Shown: positions 8,759-19,256, counted from the first letter of the stretch. The stretch: DNA of 64,000 nucleotides from an archaeon (GCA_018697295.1 JABHTJ010000001.1:66305-130304); one strand, 5' to 3'. The notes: generated by a model not told the origin, from the letters alone. Program-made: numbers and translations.

Positions 8759-9445
8759 TTAGTTTTCTTCAATAATTTTTCTTTCCACTCTTTTCCAATC
8801 TCTCTCATCATCTACTTCCATAGAATCCTCTTCACTCATTTCAAAAATTCCTATTTTCCCGCCATACCGATTTTTATACTCTCCTAAAATTGAATCTTTC
8901 AAAACATAAAGTGCGCCATTATCACAATACCAGGGCTCCATTTCTTGTCGTCTCTTTCGAACTTCTCTTAAAGGTACATATTCTCCATTTTCATTTACCT
9001 TACCAAAATATCTAAATGTTTTGAATACCCCGACTATAGAATCATAATTTTCTTCATTGATTTTGTCAATCGCTGAAGAGATTTCTCCAGGTTTTATGAA
9101 TGGGGAAGTCACTTGCAAAAAAACAATTAATTCAACCTGGTGAGACGACTCCTTGGCTTTATCGACCGCAAACCTAAGATAAGATTCTGTTGAAAGATCA
9201 TAAGGGTACTTTCCATTTTCTTCAGTTTCCCAGATAACTTCTGCGCCATATTTCTCTGCAATGTCCGCAATGTCTTGAGAATCTGTTGAAACAAATACTT
9301 TTTCAACTTTTCCAGATTTTTGCGCAGCTTCAATAGTGTAAGCAATAAGGGGTTTTCCTCCAAGTAATTTGATATTTTTTCCAGGAAGGCCTTCAGAAGT
9401 TCCTTTTGCCGCAAGGAATGCAAAGGTATTTTCTTTTTGTATCAT
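8759..9445 (-). CDS. neuA: CMP-N-acylneuraminate (nonulosonate) cytidylyltransferase
   Basis: FAFLAAKGTSEGLPGKNIKLLGGKPLIAYTIEAA matches the CTP_transf_3 N-terminal signature. Confidence 0.85.
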   Translation of the reverse strand: MIQKENTFAFLAAKGTSEGLPGKNIKLLGGKPLIAYTIEAAQKSGKVEKVFVSTDSQDIADIAEKYGAEVIWETEENGKYPYDLSTESYLRFAVDKAKESSHQVELIVFLQVTSPFIKPGEISSAIDKINEENYDSIVGVFKTFRYFGKVNENGEYVPLREVRKRRQEMEPWYCDNGALYVLKDSILGEYKNRYGGKIGIFEMSEEDSMEVDDERDWKRVERKIIEEN

Positions 9446-10863
9446 AATAATAATTTATCGATAACCCTTATAATTCTTTCTCTCGCATTCCCATCAAGTT
9501 TGTAATTATAATTTTCTATAAATTTCTCTCGCGCAACTTTAAATTTTTCCTCTTCTAATATTTCATTCAGGCGCGGTAAAAATTCTTCCGCATTTAAAAT
9601 TCTATGACCTACGCCCGCCTTAGAGTAATCAACATATTCATTCGAATCAAGATTTATTGAAAGAACTGGACGATTAAGAAGCACTGCTTCAACAGCTAAT
9701 GTAGAAAATGCTGTGATATAAACATCTGAAGATAAAATAACTTTGTGAATATCTTCTGTAGTAGAAAATTTAATCTCTAATCCTTCGGGAATTGTAGGTA
9801 AAAATTTTTCATCAAAATCGGGCCGATGAGTAATCACAAATTCATAATTTTCCTTATCTTTTATTTTATTTACTTCTTCAATAAAACATTTGGCTGCAGA
9901 AACCGTTACATTTTCTCCCTTAGTCGGCATTTGAAGAGAAAAGATTAAGCGTTTCTTAGTTTTGTCCCATCCAAGATCCTCACATGCAAGAGATTTTGAA
10001 AGATTCATTTCAGATAATTTATCAAATCTTGGCTGGCCAGTCACAATTATCTTTTCAACCTCAGCTCCCATTTCCTCCAAATATTTTTTGTCAGCGTAGC
10101 CATTAACAACCATTTTATCTGCAGAGATCACTCCCAGGGGATTTCCGACCAACTGCCCATGTTGCATTACCAGCGATTTAATATTCTTCTCTCGCGCAAG
10201 TTTACAGGCAATTTGCCCAAGAGGATTAACATCATCAGAAACTATTATCAATTTACATTTCTTTAAACTATATAATTTTTCAACTAACAACTCCATTCGA
10301 ATAACTTCTAAGAATCTCCTCCGAGTTTTCATATGATATTTTAAAACATCATATATAAATTCATAATTTTCTCCAAGAATTTTTTTTATTTTCTCATCAC
10401 TTTCAAAATCTTTCCATTTTCCATCAAGAAATTTATCCGCCGCCAGTAATTTTTCTGCCATTTCTATATCCATTAAACTATCTAATCCCAAATATGGGAG
10501 AGAGAGTTTTTCTAAGGTTTTTTTCGTAATCTCTTTTGAAGGACTGTCAAATTGGATTATCTCATGATTAAATTTTTTTAATAGTGGAATTATTGTATGG
10601 ACATGATTAATATCATAGGTCAATGCAAAAATGTCTGAATCTTTTAATTCTTTTTGAACTACAGTTTCTCGTTTTTTATGAATCCTTGAAATTTGCATCC
10701 GAATAATATTGCTCTTTATTGTAAAAAGAAAGTTTTTTCTTGAAGGATTTTTTAGAAAAACATTATAAATTCCTCCAAAACAAATATCCCATAAATTAAA
10801 TCCGTCATAAGTAACATAAGGTTCCAACAATTTCCCAATTTTTCTTACTTCTTCAGATTCCAT
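9442..10863 (-). CDS. Uncharacterised GT-B-like transferase (TagF/capsule-synthesis-like C-terminal half)
   Basis: The listed start is TTG, and the ATG at 10863 was preferred. The C-terminal half (VITHRPDFD, SSDVYITAFSTLAVEAVLLNRPVLS) resembles GT-B donor-binding domains. Overlaps neuA by 4 nt. Confidence 0.4.
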   Translation of the reverse strand: MESEEVRKIGKLLEPYVTYDGFNLWDICFGGIYNVFLKNPSRKNFLFTIKSNIIRMQISRIHKKRETVVQKELKDSDIFALTYDINHVHTIIPLLKKFNHEIIQFDSPSKEITKKTLEKLSLPYLGLDSLMDIEMAEKLLAADKFLDGKWKDFESDEKIKKILGENYEFIYDVLKYHMKTRRRFLEVIRMELLVEKLYSLKKCKLIIVSDDVNPLGQIACKLAREKNIKSLVMQHGQLVGNPLGVISADKMVVNGYADKKYLEEMGAEVEKIIVTGQPRFDKLSEMNLSKSLACEDLGWDKTKKRLIFSLQMPTKGENVTVSAAKCFIEEVNKIKDKENYEFVITHRPDFDEKFLPTIPEGLEIKFSTTEDIHKVILSSDVYITAFSTLAVEAVLLNRPVLSINLDSNEYVDYSKAGVGHRILNAEEFLPRLNEILEEEKFKVAREKFIENYNYKLDGNARERIIRVIDKLLL

Positions 10864-11986
10864 CTTTCTCAACCCCAATATAGATCTCTTCAACCATCTC
10901 AACAATTTTTTCCCACGAATAATTTTCTGAAAATTCTTTTCCAGATTTAATTAGTTTAGTTCTCAATTTTTCGTCGCCAAATAATTTCATGATATTATCT
11001 CGTAATGCCCCAACGTTCTTAAATTCACTCATCAAGCCATTTTTTCCATCTTTTATCAAATAAGGAATCGCTCCCCGATCACTTGAAATAACTGGGAGAT
11101 TTGCAGCCATAGCCTCGATAATAACAATTCCAAATCCTTCCCATTCTGAAAACAAAACAAACGCATCAGAAGATTGGTAGGCTGCAACAACTTCTTCATC
11201 ACTAAGACCTCCGGCAAAAATAACTTTTTCTCCAATTCCCCTTTCTTTTATTTTTTCCTCTAAAACTTTTTTATATCCACCATCTCTTCCAACAATCAAC
11301 AAAGTAGTATCAATATTTTTAATTGCATCAACAACATACTGCAGGCCTTTACTCTCATGGATTCTTCCAACATAAAGCAAAACATTCTTTCCTAATTTAA
11401 ATTTAGTTTTAAATTTTCTAATCACTTCTTCATCTCGATTAGAAAATTTTTCAATATCTACACCATTCGGTAAAACTAAAATTTTCTCCTTAGACACTCC
11501 AAGTTTTTCATAATCCAAAAAATCCAATTCGGTGAGCGCAGTACAGATGTCGGCCTTTCTAACAACTCGCCCAATTGTCAAATCGTGAATTTTTTTAAAA
11601 ATCATATTTTTTTTAGTATGTATGAATCCGTGGGCAGTGAAGACAACAGGAATTTTTTTAAAAAGAAATTTAACTGCAAATTCTGGAAGGTAGCGATTAT
11701 ATCCATGGCAATGAACAACATCAAATTTTGAATAATTTTTCCGCAACCATTTCATGGCTTCGGGAGAATAGCCATAGCCAGCAAGCCACAAATCATTTTT
11801 CATTCGAACAATTTCTATTCCGTCAAACTTTTCTCCACTTCCAACTTTCTCTTCACATAGGTAATCTGTGGTAAGCACAGTAACTTCATGGCCTTTTTTT
11901 ACAAGACCCTTTGATATTTCTAAAACTACCTTTTCTTGCCCCCCAATAACTGGATGAAATGAGTTTGTTATTTGTAAAATTTTCAT
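10853..11986 (-). CDS. GT4 glycosyltransferase
   Basis: MKILQITNSFHPVIGGQEKV at the N-terminus and SEWEGFGIVIIEAMAANLPVISSDRGAIP (E-x7-E region). Confidence 0.85.
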   Translation of the reverse strand: MKILQITNSFHPVIGGQEKVVLEISKGLVKKGHEVTVLTTDYLCEEKVGSGEKFDGIEIVRMKNDLWLAGYGYSPEAMKWLRKNYSKFDVVHCHGYNRYLPEFAVKFLFKKIPVVFTAHGFIHTKKNMIFKKIHDLTIGRVVRKADICTALTELDFLDYEKLGVSKEKILVLPNGVDIEKFSNRDEEVIRKFKTKFKLGKNVLLYVGRIHESKGLQYVVDAIKNIDTTLLIVGRDGGYKKVLEEKIKERGIGEKVIFAGGLSDEEVVAAYQSSDAFVLFSEWEGFGIVIIEAMAANLPVISSDRGAIPYLIKDGKNGLMSEFKNVGALRDNIMKLFGDEKLRTKLIKSGKEFSENYSWEKIVEMVEEIYIGVEKDGI

Positions 11987-12756
11987 TGAAAATCAATAAT
12001 CCTCTGAGATTTAAATTTGTTTTTTTGAAGTTCTTTAATCATTTTTTCAAGAAGGCTTATTTTAAATCGTCCCTCAAATAACCCATGAAGATAAAATGAA
12101 ACAAAATCTTTCTCTTTAATTTCTTTTCTAAAAATTTCTATAATCTCTTCATCTGATTTACCTTCTCCTACCCAATATTCTATGAATGGCATTCTATTTT
12201 CTCCGCAAAGAGTAATCGGAACATTTTCCAATCCACCGTAATTTTTTCTTTCGTTAAAATCGCTAATGTGAGTAATATTCCTTTTTGCAAGTTCTTCAAT
12301 AACTTCTTCATTTACGTTAAATCCAGGAGAAGTAAAGCTTCTTGCTTCACGACCAAATAATTTATGATATTTTTTAGCCATCTTATTAATTTCAGAACCA
12401 ATATTCAAGCTTTCAAGATTTCGAGTCCAAACCCGATGTTTATATCCATGAAGCCCAAGTTCATGCCCTTCTTCAAGAATCTTGTTCAAAATTTTTCCAT
12501 TTTTCTTAGCAAAATCTCTTGGAAAGAGAACCATTCTAACTTTCTCCCAAAAAGACCAAATTTTAAGTTTTCTTTGTGCAGAACTCTTCATTTTTCCCCG
12601 ATTTTTCAATATTTCGAAAACCGTTGATTCTCCACCCATAGTTAAATAAAAACTTGCCCGAATATTCAATTTTTTAAAAAGTTTTAAGAGTGAAGGCAAA
12701 CCAGCAACTATTCCTTTATCAGATTCCAAATCGATTCGTACCGCAAAAGATTTCAT
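11983..12756 (-). CDS. Polysaccharide deacetylase (CE4/NodB-like)
   Basis: IRASFYLTMGG and GHELGLHGYKH match NodB homology motifs. Confidence 0.7.
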   Translation of the reverse strand: MKSFAVRIDLESDKGIVAGLPSLLKLFKKLNIRASFYLTMGGESTVFEILKNRGKMKSSAQRKLKIWSFWEKVRMVLFPRDFAKKNGKILNKILEEGHELGLHGYKHRVWTRNLESLNIGSEINKMAKKYHKLFGREARSFTSPGFNVNEEVIEELAKRNITHISDFNERKNYGGLENVPITLCGENRMPFIEYWVGEGKSDEEIIEIFRKEIKEKDFVSFYLHGLFEGRFKISLLEKMIKELQKNKFKSQRIIDFQ

Positions 12757-12806
12757 AGAATTTTCAGACTAATAAGATTTTTAAAGGTAATTCTTTATTG
12801 GCTCAT

Positions 12807-13379
12807 ATGGAAAAAATAAAAACCACCAAGAAAATTTTTAATCTTGGGTGTGGGGAATCGGGAAATAGTAAGAAAGAATTTACAATAGATATAATGCCAA
12901 ATTTTAAGCCAGACTTAGTTTGGGACTTAAGAAAAACCCCTTGGCCAATAGAGGATAATCAATTTGAGCTCGTAAGGGCAGAAAATATTATCGAACATTT
13001 TCCAGATACATGTGCAATGATGGAAGAAATCTGGAGAATTTCAAAACCTGGAGCAACCATCAAAATCATCGTTCCACATTATACAGGATATCTAAGTTGG
13101 AGTTGCCCAGAGCATTACAAAACATTCTCTTCGGGAACATTCAAATATTTCGATAAACAATTTGACACAGTTTCAACAAAATTAAACTATTTTGCATGCA
13201 AACGGCATAAAATAATCAGTCCTTTCATAAATTTCTTCCTAAATTTGCATTTTGGAGTATCTGACAGATTCGGTTCATTAGTCGGAGGAATTGCAGAGGT
13301 AGAAACCGTTCTAAAAGTTAAAAAAGATAAAAACTTGGATAGAGACAATCTTAGAGTAAATCGGCCTGCAGAAAAATAA
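12807..13379 (+). CDS. Class I SAM-dependent methyltransferase
   Basis: The listed start is TTG, and the ATG at 12807 was preferred. IFNLGCGESG, PDLVWDL, AENIIEHF and ISKPGATIKIIVP. Confidence 0.7.
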   Translation: MEKIKTTKKIFNLGCGESGNSKKEFTIDIMPNFKPDLVWDLRKTPWPIEDNQFELVRAENIIEHFPDTCAMMEEIWRISKPGATIKIIVPHYTGYLSWSCPEHYKTFSSGTFKYFDKQFDTVSTKLNYFACKRHKIISPFINFFLNLHFGVSDRFGSLVGGIAEVETVLKVKKDKNLDRDNLRVNRPAEK

Positions 13380-13384
13380 CTTTC

Positions 13385-14347
13385 TTAATTTCCAAGTTCT
13401 GAACAAATCTTAGGTCCAATGAGTTTGATAATTGGATTGGGAAGTAAAGACCAAATTTTTCTAAATTTCTTCAGTTTTTCCTTTTTTGAAGATTCCGATT
13501 CTTCGCTTGGATATGTAAATAAATACTTCTGGTGAGATTCGCCAAGCCACTTTTGCTTAAATTTTAACAATCCTTCAGAACGTTTATCTTGAGGATTTAG
13601 ATCAATCTGGCCAGAATCAATAAATGAAATTTTTTCCCTATATGCTTCTTTCACATTCGCCCAGTATAATAAATCGTTCGGTCTAAAGTTCCTATATTTT
13701 TGGTCAGAGACATTAAACCAAAGATACGCAACTTCTTCAGATTTAACTAGAACTGTGCTTGCAATAAGTTTATTGTCTTTATAACAATTCAATCCATAAA
13801 ATTTATCTTTTAGTTCATGTGCAAGATTTAAGAAAAATTTTCTTGAATGTGGTGGAGTTCCAAACCGTTTCATTTCATCAAAGTACAGTGTGTAAAACTT
13901 CTTCAATTCAGAATCATTATTTATTGGAACAATTTTGAGGCTAGACTTTTCAGCTTTTCGAATATCATTTCTAGTATGCTTATGGAATTTTTTCCACTTA
14001 GTCTCTGGGTTTTCAATCAAGATATAAAATTGTTGTTTTGCCTTCCTTACTCCAAATCCCAAGGATTCTAATTCTCGATAAAACCCTTGAAAATTCTTCT
14101 CAATATCATTTAATTTGATTTCAATTCGCGTATCTTTGAAACTTTCGACAATTTTTTTTAAAAGAATTTTAAAAGAATTTTTTGAACTGCCAAATATTCC
14201 TCCAACATCCATAAAAGGCAACGAAATTATTTTGTTTCCAAAAATTTTACTCCTTACGCGTATTAATGGAATGTAATTTCCATTCTCATCATAGGATACA
14301 TTTTTACAATTAGAATAAGAATTTGTTATCGCATCGAGAGTAGACAC
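13385..14347 (-). CDS. FemAB-like / GNAT (Acetyltransf_6-like) acyl- or aminoacyl-transferase
   Basis: KFHKHTRNDIRKAEKSSLKIVPI, FYTLYFDEMKRFGTPPHSRKFF and a later GNAT-like core. Apparent GTG start. Confidence 0.55.
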   Translation of the reverse strand: MSTLDAITNSYSNCKNVSYDENGNYIPLIRVRSKIFGNKIISLPFMDVGGIFGSSKNSFKILLKKIVESFKDTRIEIKLNDIEKNFQGFYRELESLGFGVRKAKQQFYILIENPETKWKKFHKHTRNDIRKAEKSSLKIVPINNDSELKKFYTLYFDEMKRFGTPPHSRKFFLNLAHELKDKFYGLNCYKDNKLIASTVLVKSEEVAYLWFNVSDQKYRNFRPNDLLYWANVKEAYREKISFIDSGQIDLNPQDKRSEGLLKFKQKWLGESHQKYLFTYPSEESESSKKEKLKKFRKIWSLLPNPIIKLIGPKICSELGN

Positions 14348-14364
14348 ATTTCCTTGAATAGATT

Positions 14365-15447
14365 TTATTTTAATGCCTCCGAATAGATTCTTTCCAACTT
14401 TTTATTTCGCTCTTTAATAGAAAATCTTCCATCGCGAATCATAGTTATTCCTTCTTCAGACATAACTTTCCTTAACTTGTCATTGACTATTAATTCATCA
14501 ACCTTTTCTTCAATTTTTCCAATAGTCTCTTCATCCATTACCTCTGCTTTAAAATTAGAAAAATTTTCTACATCAATAACAAAGCCTGTCTTTTCAGTAA
14601 CTATTTCTTTTCTTCCAATATTGTCTACTGTAACTATTGGGATTCCAAAACTCATAGCCTCCAAAAAACCAAAGCCAAAACTATCTGAATAGCCTGGATA
14701 AACAAAAATATCTGAAGTAGAATATATTTCAAAAAGTTCTTCTTGAGGAATTAATTCACAAAATTTAATTTTTTTATTTTCGGAATATTTTGCAAGAATT
14801 TCTTCTGGAACAAAACTATTAAAGACGGCATAAACATTTTCATGTTTTTTTGTTAGTCTATCTATGACTTCCAATGCATGGAGCCCTCCTTTCGCATAAA
14901 AATATCTTCCAGAAAAAACCAAATTTAGATTCTTATGTTCTTTTCGTTTAACTGTTGGAAGGGGAATTGCAGGATAAACTACTTCCATTTTTTCACTAAC
15001 TTCTGGGAAATCCTTTAGAATTTTTTCTTTAGTCCACTCCATCCAAGGCAGTATCTTTTTACAATTCTTAGCTCTTAAAAATTTCCCTGCAATCTTTTTC
15101 CGCAATTTATTGTCTCTTGCACCTCCCCACATTTGAGATTCAAACTCAATATCAGTCACCCAGGGAAATTTTTTATTTAAACTCAAACAATGCGCGCAGT
15201 GGATGAGATCAAACGTTTTTTTTGATTTTGTAAAATAAGCATTAGGAATTGGAAGAAACAAATTATTCAAAAAATATTTTATTATTCTCTTAAGGTTATC
15301 AGAAAACTTAAATTTCTTCTTATTGACTATAACTCCTTTCTGTTTTTCAACATTAACAAATTCAATTTCTGAAGGCAAATCCTTTATCAAATTTTTATAG
15401 TAGGGAGAATCAGAATAACTAAATGGGTACTGCAAATAAATTTTCAT
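14365..15447 (-). CDS. GT4 glycosyltransferase
   Basis: PGYSDSFGFGFLEAMSFGIPIVTVDNIGRKEIV in the C-terminal GT-B domain. Confidence 0.75.
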   Translation of the reverse strand: MKIYLQYPFSYSDSPYYKNLIKDLPSEIEFVNVEKQKGVIVNKKKFKFSDNLKRIIKYFLNNLFLPIPNAYFTKSKKTFDLIHCAHCLSLNKKFPWVTDIEFESQMWGGARDNKLRKKIAGKFLRAKNCKKILPWMEWTKEKILKDFPEVSEKMEVVYPAIPLPTVKRKEHKNLNLVFSGRYFYAKGGLHALEVIDRLTKKHENVYAVFNSFVPEEILAKYSENKKIKFCELIPQEELFEIYSTSDIFVYPGYSDSFGFGFLEAMSFGIPIVTVDNIGRKEIVTEKTGFVIDVENFSNFKAEVMDEETIGKIEEKVDELIVNDKLRKVMSEEGITMIRDGRFSIKERNKKLERIYSEALK

Positions 15448-16565
15448 TTCTCTAAAACCTCGACAATTTTTTTACTAAGGCCTCGTTTCCCATAAGGATT
15501 CTCGTATGCTGGAATTTTAAACTCTCCAGATTCAATTTTCTTAATTATCTTCTGAGCTTTTTTAACATCGACGCCAGTAAGGAAATTAATTCCGCTCGAT
15601 AAACCCTCTTGCCTTTCAGTTCTATCTCTCATAATGATGCATGGTTTTTTGAATATTAAACTTTCTTCCTGGATACTTCCGCCATCCATAATTAAATATT
15701 TGGAGTTAGCGAGCAAAAACATAAATGTGTGGTAATCTGTAAGTGGAACAATCTCGATATTTTTTATATTTCTCGCCCTCTCAAGTAAGCCGTGTTTCTT
15801 AAGCCAATATTCTGTATTATCGTGCAATGGCCATATTCCCTTGATTGTTGTGCTCTCCAAGATTTCAATAATTTTTTCCATTCGTTTCTTACTCTTGATA
15901 TTCTCATGTCTGTGAGAGTTAATCAAAACATAATCCCCTTGAGGTTTTTTAATCGAAAAATCTTTTTGTGCAAGCCCATATATCTCTAATGCGGAATCGA
16001 CGATAGTATTGCCGGTATTAATTATTCTCTTCTTAGAATTTTTATTTTTAAGATTTTCAACAGCCTTAGAAGAAACTGCGAACAAGGTATCTGAGAATCT
16101 GTCGCAAATTTGTCGAGAAATTTCTTCCGGAAATGGATCAAAAAGAGAACCACTTCGAAGTCCGGCTTCCAAGTGAACATTATTCCAACTTTTCATTGGA
16201 TTCAAAAGTGGGCTAGATCCAATTGCAGCTGCAGCAGTACTCATTGTGTCTCCATGATAGATCACATATTTTGGACGAAGTTTGCGGACAAGACGCCTAA
16301 CTTTGAAAACCATGGATAAAGACCAGAGCATAGACATCTTATTGACTTTGGACCAAAATTTCGTACTAATTTTTGGCTCTTTGCTAAGAAGATAATCTGG
16401 TTCTTTTACATTAAATTTTCTACAAGATTCTCTAACTGGATGTTGCCCTGTATGCACGAACCAATAGTCCAAATTCTTTTTTTGAAGTTCCCACATCACC
16501 GGCAAGCATTTTATTAGCTCTGCCTTTGTTCCGATAACGATCATAATCTTAGAATGTTTACTCAT
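15444..16565 (-). CDS. UDP-N-acetylglucosamine 2-epimerase (WecB/NeuC family)
   Basis: IMIVIGTKAELIKCLPV, HTGQH, HGDTMSTAAAAIGS and HLEAGLRS. Confidence 0.85.
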   Translation of the reverse strand: MSKHSKIMIVIGTKAELIKCLPVMWELQKKNLDYWFVHTGQHPVRESCRKFNVKEPDYLLSKEPKISTKFWSKVNKMSMLWSLSMVFKVRRLVRKLRPKYVIYHGDTMSTAAAAIGSSPLLNPMKSWNNVHLEAGLRSGSLFDPFPEEISRQICDRFSDTLFAVSSKAVENLKNKNSKKRIINTGNTIVDSALEIYGLAQKDFSIKKPQGDYVLINSHRHENIKSKKRMEKIIEILESTTIKGIWPLHDNTEYWLKKHGLLERARNIKNIEIVPLTDYHTFMFLLANSKYLIMDGGSIQEESLIFKKPCIIMRDRTERQEGLSSGINFLTGVDVKKAQKIIKKIESGEFKIPAYENPYGKRGLSKKIVEVLEK

Positions 16566-16567
16566 TT

Positions 16568-19234
16568 TTATTCCTTAAATTTTAAATCATCAAGTTCTGC
16601 CCAACCGCCATTCGTCGCCAAAAACTCCTCATTTGTCAAAGTTCCTTCAGGATAACTAACTTTCCAAATCTTAATTGGGGCACGTAAACCTTGATAGAAC
16701 AGGATATCTTCCGAATCAAATCCTTGACTCTTCAGGCTTTGAACAACTTGATCTTGTTCACTATGGACTAATTCCAAATCTCCATAATTCTCAAACACAT
16801 CGTCCAACAAATAAAGTTGCGCATAAAGGCTCTTAGAAACCTTCGGAGATAAATAAATTGCTGTCCCTAATGGGTCAATAGAATTTTCATTAAGTTTTGG
16901 AACGCCCCGAACAACTGCATCAAGCCCGGCTCCAAAATCCAATAATTGACCTTCGACATACCCATAACGAATCGGGATATCATACCGAACATTATTATAA
17001 AAATAAACTCCTATTGGACTTTCAAAATTAACATCTTCTCCCTCATCCCCAATTTCCCACAAAATTCCTGCAATCGCCGCTTTTTGAGCGGGCAAAAAGA
17101 TGTCATTTCCCTCAAGATTATACTCGATATCCTCATCGACGAAGGTTCCACCTTCATAGACTCTAATAATCCCTCCAGCAACTTCTGTGGTTTGACCCTC
17201 ATTTAATTGCATAAGTGGAATTGAAGAAAACCTATCTTGTCCGCTCTCGTCACTTCCAATACTACTATATGCAGAGTATTTTCCAAAATCTGTTGGATCA
17301 ATCAAAAGATAAGAAATCTCGTGCGTTTTCATTAAACTATACGCTGTTTCTGGATAAGGTGTTGTGAGAAGATATCTTCCAATCAAATGGTCCCAATGCC
17401 CGATAGCATGTCCGCCATCAGTGGTTGCAGGCCTATCTCCAAGCGTTTCAACCCAATATCCATAATCCCACCAATGAATAAATCTACTCTCCTCTTCAGT
17501 ATTGTCTCGGACCCAACTCATCGCACCTTGCCATTGGTAATGTGCTGATGGTCCAGTATATTTTGCCTGCTCACTAATACTTTTTTCAAAACCATAAACA
17601 CTAACACTTGCTCCAACAATCGAAAGAATCAATAAAACTGCTAAAATTGGTCTTAAAATCTCCTCTCGAGTATTTCGAAAATAATTCCATGTTTTAACGA
17701 TAAAAAATCCTGCCATAAAACAAACTAAGGGGGTTATCGCAAAAAATAGTCTCTGAGCTGCCCTTCCAGAAAGCAATGTGAAAAACATCCAAGAAATAAT
17801 AAATGCCAGTTCAGCTTTTAATTTTATTTTTTCTCTAAAGTAAAGCCATGCAAAAAATCCAAGCGAACCAAGCATTCCGACGATATATACAGTCTGACTT
17901 ATGATATTGGTTCCATTCATAATAGAATCTGAAGAAATTCGGCTAAATAAAACGCTTGAAATCATAATTGTCCAAAAAGATATCACAAGTATTTTCACTT
18001 TCATTTCCTTAACTCTTCGAGAAAGCTCATATCCCAGATAAAGCATTCCTACAACAAACATCCAAAAGACCATTGTTCCGCTTTGAGAAATCCAATCAAC
18101 TAAATAGGGTTGAGCATTCTCTGCGACCGTAGCATTAACTCGTCCAGTTCCCCAAGGATGAAAAATATTTGTCCAGGCTCCTTGAATCATCGACCAAATA
18201 TTCTTTCCAAGAAGGCTAAGTCCGACAATTCCTAACAAAACTAAAGTTCCAAAAACATATCCAATTCTATATTCTTTCTTAAATTTAGGGATACGGTTTC
18301 CAAATTTCATGAACAATGAATCTAAAATTATAAACCCTGCAACAAACAAACTGATAAGTCCATTGGTACTAAGCATAAACCTTCCGAGGACATAACCAAT
18401 TTCAAAATCAAAAAATAGGCTAAATAGTGGGGTGAAAAAAATCCAAACAATATAAAATAAAATTCCTTTCTTTACAAATCTCAGATCTTCTCGAGTTTTA
18501 ACGAGCCACAATATAAGAAATGTGAGTGGAAAAATCATGAATAAGAATACTGCAACCCCACCCCAACTAGCAATTGTAATCATAGTAAAAAATGCTGCAA
18601 GAAGGGATAAGAAAGTAACCATTTTCAAAGATTTACCTTTTTCCAAATATTTGATTCCAATTACATAAATCAACATTGCAGCAAAATACGCAACTATCCC
18701 AATAGCTTCGTGGTCGCTAAATCCAGCCATTGTTCGATAAAGGTATGCTGGAATAAGGGCTAAAAAAGAACTACTAATCAGGGCATTAAGTTTAGAGTTA
18801 GTAAGGGCATACACTAAAAAGAAGAACAAAATAATGCTAATAAAATAAAATGCTACCGGAGAAAAAACATCTACTTCAGCAATAGTATACTCTCCAAACA
18901 TATTCCCTATATTGTACATGTAAACAATCACTTTTGGTAAAATTTCTCCACTAAATTCTCCGGGAGAGCTTGGATATCTCATCATATCAAGTTCGGGAAG
19001 ACTTCCCTCCTCAAGAATAGTTTCTGCAAGTCTTAAAAAATAAAATGGGTCAAGCGCTAAGGGAATTTTTTCGCCGGTTGTTTGATCAGTAAGCAAATCC
19101 CAGTTAGAAAGACGAATAGATGAGCCAAGAATCACTACGAAAAGCAAAATCAAAGCTGTAGCGACAAACTGAAATTTTTTATTTTTTGCAATTTCTTCTC
19201 CCTTAAGAATAATATTTTTTGTTTCAAATTTCAT
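16568..19234 (-). CDS. aglB: Archaeal oligosaccharyltransferase AglB (STT3 family)
   Basis: 888 aa with a multi-TM N-terminal half, then a WWDYGYW motif and a soluble C-terminal domain. Confidence 0.9.
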   Translation of the reverse strand: MKFETKNIILKGEEIAKNKKFQFVATALILLFVVILGSSIRLSNWDLLTDQTTGEKIPLALDPFYFLRLAETILEEGSLPELDMMRYPSSPGEFSGEILPKVIVYMYNIGNMFGEYTIAEVDVFSPVAFYFISIILFFFLVYALTNSKLNALISSSFLALIPAYLYRTMAGFSDHEAIGIVAYFAAMLIYVIGIKYLEKGKSLKMVTFLSLLAAFFTMITIASWGGVAVFLFMIFPLTFLILWLVKTREDLRFVKKGILFYIVWIFFTPLFSLFFDFEIGYVLGRFMLSTNGLISLFVAGFIILDSLFMKFGNRIPKFKKEYRIGYVFGTLVLLGIVGLSLLGKNIWSMIQGAWTNIFHPWGTGRVNATVAENAQPYLVDWISQSGTMVFWMFVVGMLYLGYELSRRVKEMKVKILVISFWTIMISSVLFSRISSDSIMNGTNIISQTVYIVGMLGSLGFFAWLYFREKIKLKAELAFIISWMFFTLLSGRAAQRLFFAITPLVCFMAGFFIVKTWNYFRNTREEILRPILAVLLILSIVGASVSVYGFEKSISEQAKYTGPSAHYQWQGAMSWVRDNTEEESRFIHWWDYGYWVETLGDRPATTDGGHAIGHWDHLIGRYLLTTPYPETAYSLMKTHEISYLLIDPTDFGKYSAYSSIGSDESGQDRFSSIPLMQLNEGQTTEVAGGIIRVYEGGTFVDEDIEYNLEGNDIFLPAQKAAIAGILWEIGDEGEDVNFESPIGVYFYNNVRYDIPIRYGYVEGQLLDFGAGLDAVVRGVPKLNENSIDPLGTAIYLSPKVSKSLYAQLYLLDDVFENYGDLELVHSEQDQVVQSLKSQGFDSEDILFYQGLRAPIKIWKVSYPEGTLTNEEFLATNGGWAELDDLKFKE

Positions 19235-19256
19235 AAGAATTTATGCCCTCGTTCGT

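Noticed and set aside
9127-9423. Same-strand alternate-frame ORFs inside neuA (9127-9423), uL4 (36815-37099) and a pilin-like gene (63265-63609)
   Set aside because: They are embedded in better-supported frames. Their K/L-rich translations are what AT-rich out-of-frame reading produces.
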